Shown one piece after another: positions 34,801-48,200 of a stretch of 64,000 nt of DNA. The translations under genes and the position numbers were made by a program. How positions within the stretch are numbered: position 1 is the first letter of the stretch; each line of letters begins with the position of its first letter. Source of the DNA: Owenia fusiformis (Eukaryota); assembly GCA_903813345.2 (NCBI GenBank), contig CAIIXF020000001.1, positions 40,920,001 to 40,984,000 of the forward strand, read 5' to 3'. The notes under the pieces were generated by a model. It had not been told where the DNA came from and ran no database searches. It worked only from the letters and a program-made list of their open reading frames with translations.

Positions 34801-37800
34801 ACAAGGACCATGGTATGATTACATAGACCTAGTCTGCGTACAAGGAGCATGTTATGATTACATGGACCTAGTCTGCTTACAAGGAGCATGGTATGATTAC
34901 ATGGACCATAATGTGCTTACAAGGACCATGGTATTATTACATGGACCATAGTATGCTTACAAGGACCATAGTATGATTACATGGAGCATAATGTGCTTAC
35001 AAAGAAGGACCATAGTATGATTACATGACCATAATGTGCTTACAAGGACCATGGTATGATTACATGGACCTAGTCTGCTTACAAGGAGCATGTTATGATT
35101 ACATGGACCTAGTCTGCTTACAAGGAGCATGGTATGATTACATGGACCATAGTATGCTTACAAGGAGCATAGTGTGCTTACAAAGAAGGACCATAGTATG
35201 ATTACATGACCATAATGTGCTTACAAGGACCATGGTATGATTATATGGACCATAATGTGCTTACAAGGACCATGGTATTATTACATGGACCATAGTATGC
35301 TTACAAGGAGCATGGTATGATTACATGGACCATAATGTGCTAACAAGGACCATGGTATGATTACATGGACCTAGTCTGCGTACAAGGAGCATGTTATGAT
35401 TACATGGACCTAGTCTGCTTACAAGGAGCATGGTATGATTACATGGACCATAATGTGCTAACAAGGACCATGGTATGATTACATGGACCTAGTCTGCTTA
35501 CAAGGAGCATGTTATGATTACATGGACCTAGTCTGCTTACAAGGAGCATGGTATGATTACATGACCATAATGTGCTTACAAGGACCATGGTATGATAGCA
35601 TGGACCTAGTCTGCTTACAAGAAGCATGTTATGATAACATGGACCATAGTATGCTTACATGGAACATGGTATGATTACATGGACCATTGTGTGGTTGCTT
35701 ACATGGTATGAATGCATGGACCATGTGAAGATTTTGACAATGGCTTGATTACACAGACAGTGATTTTGTTACATGGATCATAATCTGGTAACACGAACAG
35801 TGATTTGATGACATAGATAGAAAAAAAAATAGGTTTGCCATTTTTTGACCACCCTGTACTTGATAATGATATGCTTACAGCTTCTATGGGTGTTGATGTG
35901 GTCCACAGTGATGGGGCTCGTTCTACAACTTCTTGCTGCTAGGCTTGGCGTTGTGACAGGTACATTTGTGCTTTATGCTATATGCTTATTTTCAGAACCA
36001 GCTGGTTTTATTTAAGGATCACATGCTTCTGAGACTGCCTCTTCATCTTCTGAATTGATCATTTTCAATTTGTAAAGAACATATGCCAACTTGCTTATTT
36101 TACAAACTAAAATCAACAAAAACAATGAATTTGTATACTTATTTTACATGTGATAGAATCTTTAAACCATTTTTGGTTGAATGTATATATCTCTACTCTC
36201 ATACTTTATGAATAAACTACCCTGAGTCTATACAAGTCTGAAGTCCACAACGTTTCATTCCATACCAGACCTAATGAAATAGATGCATTAATAATCATTC
36301 TGTACAAACTCTGTTGCTGTAGGATTCCGGCAAAGGCAGTAGTCAAGATTTTAAAACAGGAGAGGCGAATGATCATGATCCATTTTTATAATAAGATTAA
36401 ATGTACTCAACAACAATCTGTGATGGGGTTTGTCTTACTTCTTGCCGCTAGGCTTGACTAGCAGCTACACTATTATGACTATGAAAAGGTTTCAAGTGGC
36501 TTAAATTGTAATATGTTGTTTGATATTGCCATTATGGACCTAGCTACTGTGTACCTTTAATTCTAATATGTTGTTAGATATTACAGGTATGCATCTAGCT
36601 ACTGTGTGTCTTTGATTCTAATGTGTTATTTGGAATTGCAGGTATGGACTTAGCTACGGTGTTCCTCTGCCTTTAATTCTAATATATTGTTTGATATTAC
36701 AGGTATGGACATAGCTAATGTGTGTCCTTAATTCTAATATGTTGTTTGAATGATATTATAGGTATCAGGGGTTTCACTAGAATTTCTCACAACAGGTTAA
36801 ATAAATGAAAACAACAGTCAAAAATTATGGAAATCAGAAATTTAACATGGAAAAGTTGAAAAGACCCTCAAAACAACAGGCAATTTTGTGAAAACAACTG
36901 TTGAAAATAGCCTGTTGCCTGCTGCTAATGAAACACCTGGGTGTGGACCTAGCTACTGTGTGCCTTTAATTCTAATACATTGTATATTGTTTGATATTAC
37001 AGGTATGGACCTAGCTACTGTATGCCTTTAATTCTAATGTGTTGATATTGCAGGTATATTTTTTGTTTTAATTCAAATATGTTGGGTGATATTGCAGATA
37101 CGGACTTAGCTGTTGTTTGATATTACAGGTATGGACCTAGCTACTGTGTGTCGCATGGAGTATAAAACTGTGCCTCGTATTGTGCTGTGGTTGATGATGG
37201 AGATTGCCATCATAGGCAGCGACATTCAAGAAGTCATAGGGTCAGCTATCGCCATTAATCTGTTGTCCAATCACCTGTAAGTATTCTTCTAAGTTTCATT
37301 ATTATTGCTTTGTGCATATGCTCTAAAGCAAACATCTAGAGTACACCTATAAATCTCTCATTCATTAATCATAGTCACACTTCTTAGTTATACCCTGCAC
37401 ACAGTCTAGTTATAAACTACCCTCTGCCTAGTATAGACTATGTTACAGTTTAGCAGCCCCGCCCCAAATATTGGTGCCTGTGACAGCCCGGGTAACAAAT
37501 CATTTCAAACCTACCACGCTGACCCTTCCTCAACCAATCAGGGTAGTAGAAAGAACACATGCTAAATACATGCCCATTAACTGTGCTGTGATGTCAGAGG
37601 AAATGACCTTATTTTGAAATCCTCTTTCTAATGCTTCAGCTATCTAAATATGAAGTAAAAGTTCAAGATTCACATTTCTTACTGTTTCTCTATGTTGGTT
37701 ATAGGGTGCCTATATGGGCTGGAGTGCTGATTACAGGGGTGGACACATTCACTTTTCTCTTTCTTGAAACTACAGGTTTGAGAAAACTTGAAGCATTTTT

Positions 37801-40800
37801 TGGAGCCCTCATCACAACTATGGCATTTACTTTCCTATACATGGTAAGTGTTTTATCATGTAGGTATAACAAGAGTTGGGTTAAAAGCACTTTCAAAAAT
37901 TTACATTTGAATTTTTTAAAAACCTTTATTGTTGACTTATGAGAATATGACTGTAATGCACTAGACAAAAACATAATTGTAAATACGAAGCCAGAATTTT
38001 AAGATTAGCCCATCACAAGAAAAAAAAAGGTTTTTGCTCATATTCCTCAAATATGCACTTCATATTAGACTACTGTATGTCTTTCTATGGAATGTCAAAG
38101 TCAGTGTTTTGACCCTACCCCGTCCTAAATAGATAGCATTATTGGTAAACCAAATGGAGCCACAAATATATACCAACCTTAAATTCATATACATACATCC
38201 AGGCCCGTAGCCAGGATTTGCCAAGGGGGGGGTTCAGTTTTCAAAAATTTCCAGGGGGGGGTTCACATTTGACAATTTTGGAGCAAATATGGCTAAAATC
38301 ACAAGAGAAGTGCTCAAAATGGTGAAAAACTGCATGATTTTTGATTTTTGGCCAGGGGGGGGGTTCGCCCGAACCCTGCGAACCCCCCCTGGCTAAGGGC
38401 CTGTACATCTGACCGTAAGATGTATTGTATAATTATTTCATTCCAGTATGTGACTGTTAAACCAGATCAAGGTGAGATCTTGATAGGGCTTTGGTTTCCA
38501 TGGTGTCAGGATTGCAACACAGCAGCAATACAACAGCTTGTGGGTATTGTTGGAGCAGTGATCATGCCACATAATATATATCTGCATAGTGCATTAGTCT
38601 TGGTAATTACAATATTATTTTACATGAGCTGGTATTTCTTTCAATTGATTATCCCATCGAACGAAGTTCGGAGGGATATAGGGAACGCCTCCGTCCGTCC
38701 GTCCGTCTGTCCGTACGTCCGTCTGTCCGTCCGTCCGTCTGTCCGTCCGTCCGTCCGGGCAATAACTCAAATACCGTTGGCCCGATTTTGTTCATATTTT
38801 GTACACATATACCCTATGGGGGTAGAAGTTCTGCTCGAAAGCCGATTTTCAAAATGGCCGCTCATTTCAAAATGGCGGCCATTTTAGTGCCGAATTTACA
38901 GTAATTTAGGTGAAATATGTAAAACTGTAATAGCAATATGTTTTAGATGTAAAAAAATTATATAGGACATTAATAAAGCTAGAAATGTAGATATTAAAGA
39001 AGCACATGGCAGCCATCTTGAAAAATGGCGGCCTTTACTCGTTATTTTACGATTTTTGCTGTAACTCGAAAAGTAGTGGAGCAATTTTGTTCATATTTGG
39101 TATGTGAATACTATAAACATTGCACACTGTCTAAAGACACTTTTGGTAGAAGGTGGCCATTTTGAAAAATGGCCACCATTTTGAAAAATGGCCACCATTT
39201 TGAAAAATGGCCACCATTTTAACGTATTTTACTATAACTCGAAAAGTAGTGGAGCGATTTTGTTCATATTTGGTATGTGAATACTATAAGCATGACACAC
39301 TGTCCTATGACACTTTTGGTAGAAGGCGGCCATTTTGAAAAATGGCCACCATTTTGAAAAATGGCCACCATTTTGAAAAATGGCCACCATTTTAACGTAT
39401 TTTACTATAACTCGAAAAGTAGTGGAGCGATTTTGTTCATATTTGGTATGTGAATACTATAAGCATGACACACTGTCCTATGACACTTTTGGTAGAAGGT
39501 GGCCATTTTGAAAAAAATTTGAAAAATGGCCGCCATTTTAACATATTTTACTATAACTTGAAAAGTAGTGAAGCGATTTTGTTCATATTTGGTATGTGAA
39601 TACTATAAGCATGGCACACTGTCTAATGACACTTTTGGTAGAAGGCGGCCATTTTTCAAAATGAAAAATTGAAAAATGGCCACCATTTTAACGTATTTTA
39701 CTATAACTTGAAAAGTAGTGGAGCGATTTTGTTCATATGTGGTATGTGAATACTATAAGCATGACACACTGTCCTATGACACTTTTGAAAGAAGGTGGCC
39801 ATTTTGAAATTTTTTTTGAAAAATGGCCGCCATTTTAACGTATTTTGCTATAACTCGAAAAGTAGTGAAGCGATTTTGTTCATATTTGGTATGTGAATAC
39901 TGTAAGCATGGCACATTGTCTTATGGCATCCTTGGTAGAAGGTGGCCATTTAGAAAAATGGCCACCATTTTAACTTTTTTACTATAACTTGAAAAGTAGT
40001 GGAGCGATTTTGTTCATATTTGGTATTTATGAATACTATAAGCATGGCACATGGTCTAATGACACTTTTGGTAGAAGGCGGCCATTTTGAAAAATGGCTG
40101 CCATTTTTGCTATATACTTTGTTTGTAAAAATGCCATCCATGGCTGTTCGATGGGATTCGCTACGCTTTGGCGTTGCCGTTGTTCTGGTTTGTCTAACAG
40201 TCTAATGGTACATTATTAAATAGTCATTAAACTGAAATGGCAGCATTTTTTGTCAGTCAAAGAATCAAAATTAAACATTGATGAATTGATTGAATAATTT
40301 ACGATTTTAACATCAAAGGATGAAATATTCCAACAGTGTACTATCAAACTTTTTTTTTTATCGAAACTTTATCTTTGGTTTTTTGTTAGTGAAGTGTGAC
40401 GTTGATCAATGCAGAGTCTCTTATTCATTTCGATTGTATTATATTGTATGTGATAGCCTTGTTTGTCTTTCACCTTTCCCAGATTACATGTACATTGAAA
40501 CTAAGTTATGCCTTGTAATTTTAGTCAAGAAGTATTAATAGACGTAATGGGAAAAAGATTGAAGAAGCCAATATGTATTATGCAATCGAATCTGGTAAGT
40601 CTGATCATAAAAATGCTGAAATTATAGTCAGGAAGGAGTAAAGTAGAATTATTTAAAGGAATTACTTGAAAGATACACATAATAAAATCCGAAGCAATAC
40701 ATCTTCTCAATCAATATGAAATTTGAGAAAATATCAAAAAATCAGTTATTTTGGCTGTTCTATTGGTCTGCCTCCTATTTATACCCTATGTCCCTCTTTA

Positions 40801-43800
40801 ATCGTGTTGATATCTCAATTGAAAGCAGTTTTCATGTACCGATTTTGTCATTTTTATGTCACCATCAGAAGTTTTGGTGGTCAGCTTTCAGCAGTTGGTG
40901 ATCGGTGTCTGTAACAAATGTCAGGTGGTGATATTTTGCATGTTAATGCCTTGTTATTTGTGTTTACCTGTAATATTAAAGTGAGTGACTAGAACACATT
41001 TGATCACATGATTGTTCATTTGTGTTGATGTGACTCCCTTCACTGTATAAAGAGTCTAGTGAATATGAAGGCGAGGATATTCAAAATCAATGCCTTCACT
41101 TTCACGAAGTGAAATGTGCTTTTTCCCCTGCCTCCAAAGAAATGTATCATATATTCAAAGGATGATGCTGAACTTATCTCTCTTCCAGCAATTGCACTGT
41201 TTGTATCATTTCTGATCAACCTTTTTGTGGTAGCAGTGTTTGCAGCAGCATTCTCTGGGGATCAATTCCAAGATGCTAGCCTCTCAAAGGCGGTATGTAT
41301 GAATTATGCTATATACATCTCATCTAAAGTATGCGATGCACTAGGCCTCATGCAATATTTTTTGGTTAATCATAGATCTTTTACATAATTTTTGAAGTAA
41401 ATTACATTTCTTAAAAAGCTAATTATATTTGATCTGTAGTAACATAAAATTTTATTTGATATACACTACATGTACATTATTTTGGAATTTTCTAATGTAC
41501 AAAAATAACCCGGCTTGTACATCTCAAATAAAAATAAATCTGATGACTAGAACAAGATTTTTTATTATATGGAATTGCATAATATGTAATATTCCAGGGA
41601 GAGTGGATCAATGCAAAATATGGACTGGGTATGAAGATTATTTGGGGGATTGGAATATTAGCAGCAGGCCAGAGTTCTACTATGACAGTAAGTATGACCA
41701 ATTTGTTAAATTCTACCCTGAATTCCCCATTGGTTAGCCACACTCCCCTCTGACTATTATATATGATTTTACAGTTTTTATGCAGATGAGATTTTAGTGA
41801 TTTCTTTTATGGGAGTTCAATATGAAATTTAATGTAAGGCAATATATTCTGATTGAATATACATAGATTAGATCAAGCAATTACATCTCATTAAGAGTGA
41901 AGACAATATCAAGGTCTTGCATAGGGTTGCGTCATTTAATACAGGGTGCATCACAACATATGACCATCTTAAAGATTCTTAAAATAAATAGTTTAGGCTT
42001 TAAAAAGAGAATGACTTTAAGGTTCTAGAGTGTCTACCAGCACAGCTTTTACTCTATGAGCATTTGTAAGTCTAAACTCTCAAATTCAATGTGTATCCTC
42101 GTAACTATATTGTTGAGAAGGTATATACCTAGTATATGGTTTAGAATTCACTTGTAATCTTGTAATCTCCTGATACATTAGAAGCAAACTAATCTGATTT
42201 CTTACACTTTACAGGGTACTTATGCAGGTCAATTTGTCATGGAAGGGTTCCTGAAGATTCATTGGGCAAAGTGGAAGAGAGTATTACTGACTAGATCCAT
42301 CGCCATGGTACCAACCATAGTTGTTGCAGTTTCAGCTACTAGTTATTTAGACTCTCTCAACACATGGTTGAATGTGCTACAGAGTGTACAGCTCCCATTT
42401 GCCTTACTTCCTATCCTTCATTTAACCAGTAGTTCAAGAGTTATGGGGACATTTAAAAATGATAGGTGAGTTGCCTACCATTATCACTTTAGTATATGAT
42501 ATGTGAAACCTGGATACATAATCAATAATTAAAGTTATATTACAATTTCATATCTGAAGACTGAAATGTTCTTAACAAACTTATATTTCAGGTTATCAGT
42601 TATTCAGTTATCAGTAGCCAATTTTAGTCATATCATAGATACAGTACAGTAAATGTACCTGTATATCTGAACACCTCTCTTATCTGATTTCCTCTGATTA
42701 TGAATGTTTTTCCTGTGTAATCTGCCTTGGATAACCATGTTAAATAAAAAACTCAAAATATGAACACCCGCCAGACAAACAAACAAGCTAATCCAAAAAC
42801 TTTTGGCAGGTCTCAGTGGGGTCTGGACAAGGCGGGTTCTAGTGTATCTTGATTCAAGGCTGTGATCCTCCAAACACAGATACAGAATACACATATCACA
42901 ATGCGGATCACCTTTAACTGAAAATAATTGAATACACTTTTTGTATACTGTTTTGTAGAATAACAAAAATGGTAGTCTGGCTGCTGGCAGTCCTAGTCCT
43001 AAGCATCAATTTTTACTTAGTCTATCTACAGGTTAGTGCACAGATTTCTTATTTGTATGTGTATTATTTTAATATGCATATTAAATGCAATATAAAAATA
43101 TCTTACACTAAGATTTATCTTTATAAAAAAAATCTATGTACATATTTAAAATCTTTGTGAACTTTTAATCAAACATGCTTAACACTAAGGGATTGTAAAT
43201 AATTAAATGTGTTCTTTCTCTACATGAAGTTGAAGTTCAGCATTGATTTTCTGTGAAGCTCGATCGGAAAACAACAGAGCATTGTCTGTTACCAACCAAC
43301 ATGACAAGTAGTCTTGACTCAAGCCTTTGAGAACACCCCATCCCTACCTTATCAGGAGGTCAAGAGACTTGATGCAAGACTACTAAGTGGCTCATAGCCT
43401 ATGACCTCTTCCCACTGTCAAAGCTAGCCTTTTGGTTTAGTGTTAAAATGTTTTGAGGAGACCTCCAAGACATATGTAACATAATTTTAGGTGACAGTTG
43501 CTCTCAAAGTATATGTCTCAAAGTCACCAGAAAAATATGAAAAATATTTCATATGGTTATTATCACCATTTTTATGGTCGCCAACAAATTTTCTAATAAT
43601 CACTTGAAATATTTAGTTTGAACAAGAAATCTTCATGTTCTTAACACTACCCTAAACAGACTGTGCTAAACGAAAACAAGGGGTGCAGATATTGTGTGCG
43701 CGAGCTGAGGATATTAACGGTCATTTTTGAATTTGAATTTGTGATATTTCATTACCTAAGACATGTTGGGTACTCAATTATAGTCATCCATTTGTAGGAT

Positions 43801-45224
43801 ACCTAATAAAAGGGAAATTTTGTCTATAGTTGTATTCTTCATTCTTTAAAGACGCACTAAGCATTCATCCTTGCTCCATAGCAAAGAATTTGAAATGGCT
43901 ACTTTATTACACAGTTTACAGCCTTCATTTATTTATTTATTTAGTAATGGTGATCAAGATGACCAATCGATATAAATTTTTTTTGCATTTTGAAAGTCAT
44001 AAACTTTCTGTGTGAATTTTTAAAAGATTGAAAACATTTATCCTATATGTGCTACCTCTAAACAAACGGTGCGGATATCCTCGGATATACTGCTTGTTTA
44101 GAGGTAGCACAATTTTGATTTGATATGTCATATATGTGAAACAGCTTCAAATTATTTGCTTTGGAGCTGGTATTATTGCTTAATGTGTCGCTATAGAATG
44201 AACTACACACCTATTTTCACAATTTCCTTTTTATTAGGGAACCTGTACACATGTATGAATATAATTGAGTACCCAACATGCCTTAGTTGGTGAAATATCA
44301 CGAAATCAAATTCAAAAATGACCGTTAATATCAGCACCTTGTGCACATGATATCTGCACCGCTTGTTTTTGTTTAGCACAGTCTGTATAGAGTGAACACC
44401 TTCAGAATGCACACATTTAACAATGTTGAAAATATTTCCCCTTGTTTGGGTAGCAGTAAAATGCCCTTGCAAGCATCATCATTTGCTGAATTATTACATA
44501 AGTTTCTATTTTTGTTATACGCATACTTCAAAGAAAAATATTTTTTCAGGTGAATGACACAACATGGTGGGTGTACCTGATAGTTGCTATAGTAACCATT
44601 ATCTATATGAGCTTTATCCTGTATCTTGTAAGTACTGCATAATTTTCTCGTATCATTCACATGTGAATATATCAAGGATAATTTTTGTGCAATATACTTA
44701 AAAATTCAGAAATTATTACCTTTTTTGATGAGATGCCAACTTTGAAATCGGAAATTGATTCTCACTCTAGTGTCTAGAAAAAATACTAGATATAGTCTAG
44801 TATCCATGAAGTCCATTTATATTTCTTAATCAAGAAAAAGATAAAACAAATTATTATTGCAAAATTTCAAGTTTACATGTACAGGAACAGTGTTGAAACT
44901 TTTCCTCAAATACCCACAACATTTGAATTATGCATTCTGCATCTTTTGAAGAGAATATATGCAAATCACCCATTTTTGGGCCACCTTGAAGAAAACTCAT
45001 ATTTTTCTGTTTTTTCTGTTTTTCAGGCTATCGGAATCAGAAAGGGAATAGAACTGAAGATGTGGGTATATACAAAATTGGGAAAAGATATCACATACTT
45101 AGAAGAAGAACTGACTCTACACGATACACAGCTTTATATTAATCTTTCTGAAACCCCAGCGACTGGCAATAACACAAACACATATGGCACATCTGTACAA
45201 AATGGATTACAACCCATAACCTAA
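31835..45224 (+). CDS. NRAMP/SLC11 divalent metal transporter (DMT1/Malvolio family), 553 aa
   Basis: Thirteen coding exons: 31835-31987, 32514-32636, 35881-35959, 37129-37276, 37705-37843, 38447-38602, 40525-40594, 41189-41292, 41598-41687, 42215-42465, 42959-43031, 44550-44627, 45027-45224. Motifs [64 protein letters not shown]. Probable upstream exon ending at 31221. Confidence 0.96.
32690..35725. repeat. ~3-kb minisatellite, ~40-bp unit made of two related 20-mers
   Basis: Consensus ggaccatagtatgcttacaa-ggagcatggtatgattacat, roughly 75 units, inside an NRAMP intron. Confidence 0.97.
36510..37150 (+). repeat. ~55-bp tandem repeat of the NRAMP intron/exon acceptor junction
   Basis: Unit ttctaatatgttgtttgatattacag|gtatggacctagctactgtgtgccttta. 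About nine copies, the last being the real acceptor at 37128. Confidence 0.85.
36766..36939. mobile_element. Small TIR element inserted into the acceptor repeat
   Basis: CAGGGGTTTCACTAG / CTAATGAAACACCTG imperfect TIRs, with flanks ggtat/ggtgt as a degenerate 5-bp TSD. Confidence 0.65.
37388..37615. repeat. Interspersed repeat also present at ~63180-63390
   Basis: Shared taccctgcacacagtct.gtta.aaactaccctctgcctagtatagactat...aaatcatttcaaacctacca between the two loci. Confidence 0.75.
38649..40185 (+). mobile_element. HINE/Helentron-like element (family B) carrying a satellite array
   Basis: 5' subTIR ATCCCATCGAAC (38651) with adjacent inverted copy, (GTCC)n microsatellite 38690-38756, about seven 135-175-bp tandem units, 3' subTIR GTTCGATGGGAT (40146-40157), terminal hairpin gctacgctttggcgttgc. 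Confidence 0.85.
43657..44386. mobile_element. Non-autonomous element with ~170-bp TIRs
   Basis: ACAGACTGTGCTAAAC... pairs with ...GTTTAGCACAGTCTGT. An internal hairpin gtgctacctctaaac/gtttagaggtagcac lies at 44049-44110. Confidence 0.75.
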
Positions 45225-48200
45225 TTTATAAGTGAATATGCAGTATTACATTATTATCAAGAAATTCTTGGAAGGACGGGGTTGCAATCACAATTACAGG
45301 TTTAATATTTGCAAGGCATACATTTTAGGTCTTCCAACATCATGAAAAACTGCTCCCTTTCCACTGATTTGCCAATACACCAGGATTGTGTGAGATATGA
45401 AATGGGATGGGGAATTTTCAAAATAAAAATTGGGTTGTTAAATTCCCTACACAGAGACCAACCTAGTGAGTCAATTTTCCCAATCTGGGAACAATAATAG
45501 CTTGTTAACTAAATCGAATTCAAAAGTCCTTTTTCCCAGGATGAAATACAATGTCAAAATTTCAACAATACAGTGTGTCAAATTCCCATTCCTCTCCACA
45601 GGGGGGTCTCATGCAAACTTTCTATTGGTGCACATTAAAAAGTGAACAAAAAATATGAATATGCCATTACTTAAATGTGCCAATTTTGTATGTTACATGT
45701 TCTGTTCATTGATATTTCTGGCTACTCTTGGAGTGGTTGTTTTCTATACTTTGTTTATTGTACCTTGTGTTCATACATGAGAAACAGAAAAATGTAATAA
45801 TCAAAAACAGATTTTGAAGTACAGATTTCTATTGAAATCCATATTTTCTATCTTTATATACCTCAATATTGTAATTATACTGGCAGATTTTGGATATAGG
45901 GTTTAATTCCCTCAGTATCATTGCGTTGAAGGATTAACCATGAAGTAAGCTCGCCAGTAATATATATGATGCACTGATATGAAACGCTTATACATGATAT
46001 ATCTTGCAAGATGCTCAAATATTGATAAACAAGTTTTGTAAAAAGAAGTTATTCACCAAGAAGTTATTCACCAAGAGGGATTTGATATAGGAAATATCAC
46101 AAGGATTATATCAATATTTTATATTTCCTGAGGGAACGCAGTGACAGAGGGAAATATTGATATCATTGGAGGGATATTGCTCATATCACCCCCACAGGTG
46201 AATAACAACCTTATACCATGGTCAAGAGCAATATCTACCTAAAATCCTCTGTTGAATGTGAAAAAATGAAAATTTTAGTTTTTGAAAAAATGAAAATAAA
46301 AGTAAACATATTTGAAAAAATGTAAAATTTTGATAATTTTGGTATCCTTATCATCCATCTAATCCCAATATCATCCCTATCCCAAACGTGTGATTTATCA
46401 CTTGCTATTATATACCTGATACTGCTCCTTACCATGGTATAATGTATTTATTATATATTTTTTGTAATGAATATATAAGAGATTTTGTATATGGAGGACT
46501 GCGAGAGACTATTTCTCAAATTAGACTATGGTTCTCTTACCCAATTCAAATGTGTTTTTGTATGTCAATTGTGTATCCATCCATTTTCTTGAAAGCATAA
46601 TAAATGATGATGATGATTGGAATTTTTTATTATGTTCTCCTTGCAGATTAATGAAATATGTGGAATTCGAGCCAAAACAGGAACACTGTTTTTACAGTAA
46701 TTAAACAACCTGACACATTTTACTGGTACATGTATATTCACTTTTATTTTTCACAATTGAAATAATAACATACATATTTCATAGTTTTTATCACAAAATC
46801 TTAAGATTCATCATGTAATCTAGTGTTACGATTAATTTCTAGATAATGTTACATTTAATTTACTTTTTGATATAATTGTACATGCACTATGCTTGCTCTC
46901 CTTTATAATACAGGGGAGGTAAATTATGGGCAAGAAAAACAGCTTCTCAAGTGGCAACTGACACACTGTAAAATTTTACCTGAGAGATGACATTATAAAA
47001 TAAATAAATTAAAAAATTTAAATAAACATCAAATTAGATTTAACATGTTAAGGTCATCACGGAATTCAAAAGCATGTGTTAAAAGCCCAAAGATTTACTG
47101 ATTTTGCAAGATATAAATTATTCAAATTTTTCAGCTGTAATGGCAAAATCCACAAACTCAATCCAGTAGTTTAAGATGGAAAATATTGAACAACAGATAA
47201 AACAGTTTACAGCTGAAAGTTAAGTTGGAATTCTTCCTGTTTCAAAGAAAACCTACTACGCATCATATTTCATTGTGCATAACACATTTTATTAAGTTAA
47301 AAGTACATTTAGTTTTGTGAAGGTGACCAACCTGTAAGCAAGGAATCAAACAATGAAATCACGAAAGTCCATTTAGATGGCAAGTGATCATGTATTTTTA
47401 CAAGGATATTACGAACATCTGTTTTTTTATATTCATTTTATTTGTAAAGCCCCCTCCTTCACCAACTTCAGTTTTCATCAAAATACAGTTTAAACTGTCT
47501 TCCTTCTGAAACAAAATATACTTTTCTGATTTTTCCCCAAAAACTTGACCATTGAAGCAATTTTAGGAGCAGATGTTCTATCACTATGATGCTTTTGGAA
47601 AACTGGTTTTAATTTCCCCGACTGTAAGAACCCTACAGACTACTCATTCCCAAAGCTTATTATAGTCCTAAATTATAACATGTAACAATTATCTGCAAAT
47701 ATATTTGAAGAAATATATAATAATTGATAGTTACACCAAGCCAATAATAAATCCATCAGTTGTATATCACACATGGCATGATAAATGTGAAACTCTGATT
47801 TTTAACTACAAACAAACTACTATATCACTTATACTTTATATTCTTATACTTATATTCTACAATTTCCCTAAGAGTATGTATTATTGAACTATTAAACCAT
47901 TCATTATTGAACTAAATCAATGTATTTGAGTTGTGATTTACTATTTACATCTGGTGATTTGACAAGTGATCATGTCATGTCAATCCAAAACATACCAATT
48001 TGTAATATTTGTTTCTCTGGTTAAAAACTGTACATTCAACACCCTAATAAAAATCTTAATCATAAAATATTTAAAAAATATTGAAGCAAACCACCTACTC
48101 TAGAATAAATATTACATTTTGTCACTGTGCAAATCAACCTAATATACCAACCTTTGTTTAAAGGCAGAATCAGATATACATAAGAGGTGACAAAATTGCA

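Noticed and set aside
32690..35725. CRISPR-like regular repeat array and short ORFs ([16 protein letters not shown]...)
   Set aside because: There are no unique spacers and no cas genes, and the array lies in a eukaryotic intron. The ORFs are translations of the minisatellite.
38348..38887. 179-aa ORF as an independent gene
   Set aside because: It is a chimera of a MITE end, one real NRAMP exon (38447-38602) and the (GTCC)n microsatellite.
45560..45585. CAGTGT as a possible iron-responsive element loop in the NRAMP 3' UTR
   Set aside because: The flanking bases (caata / gtcaa) do not form the 5-bp upper stem, so this is not a canonical IRE.
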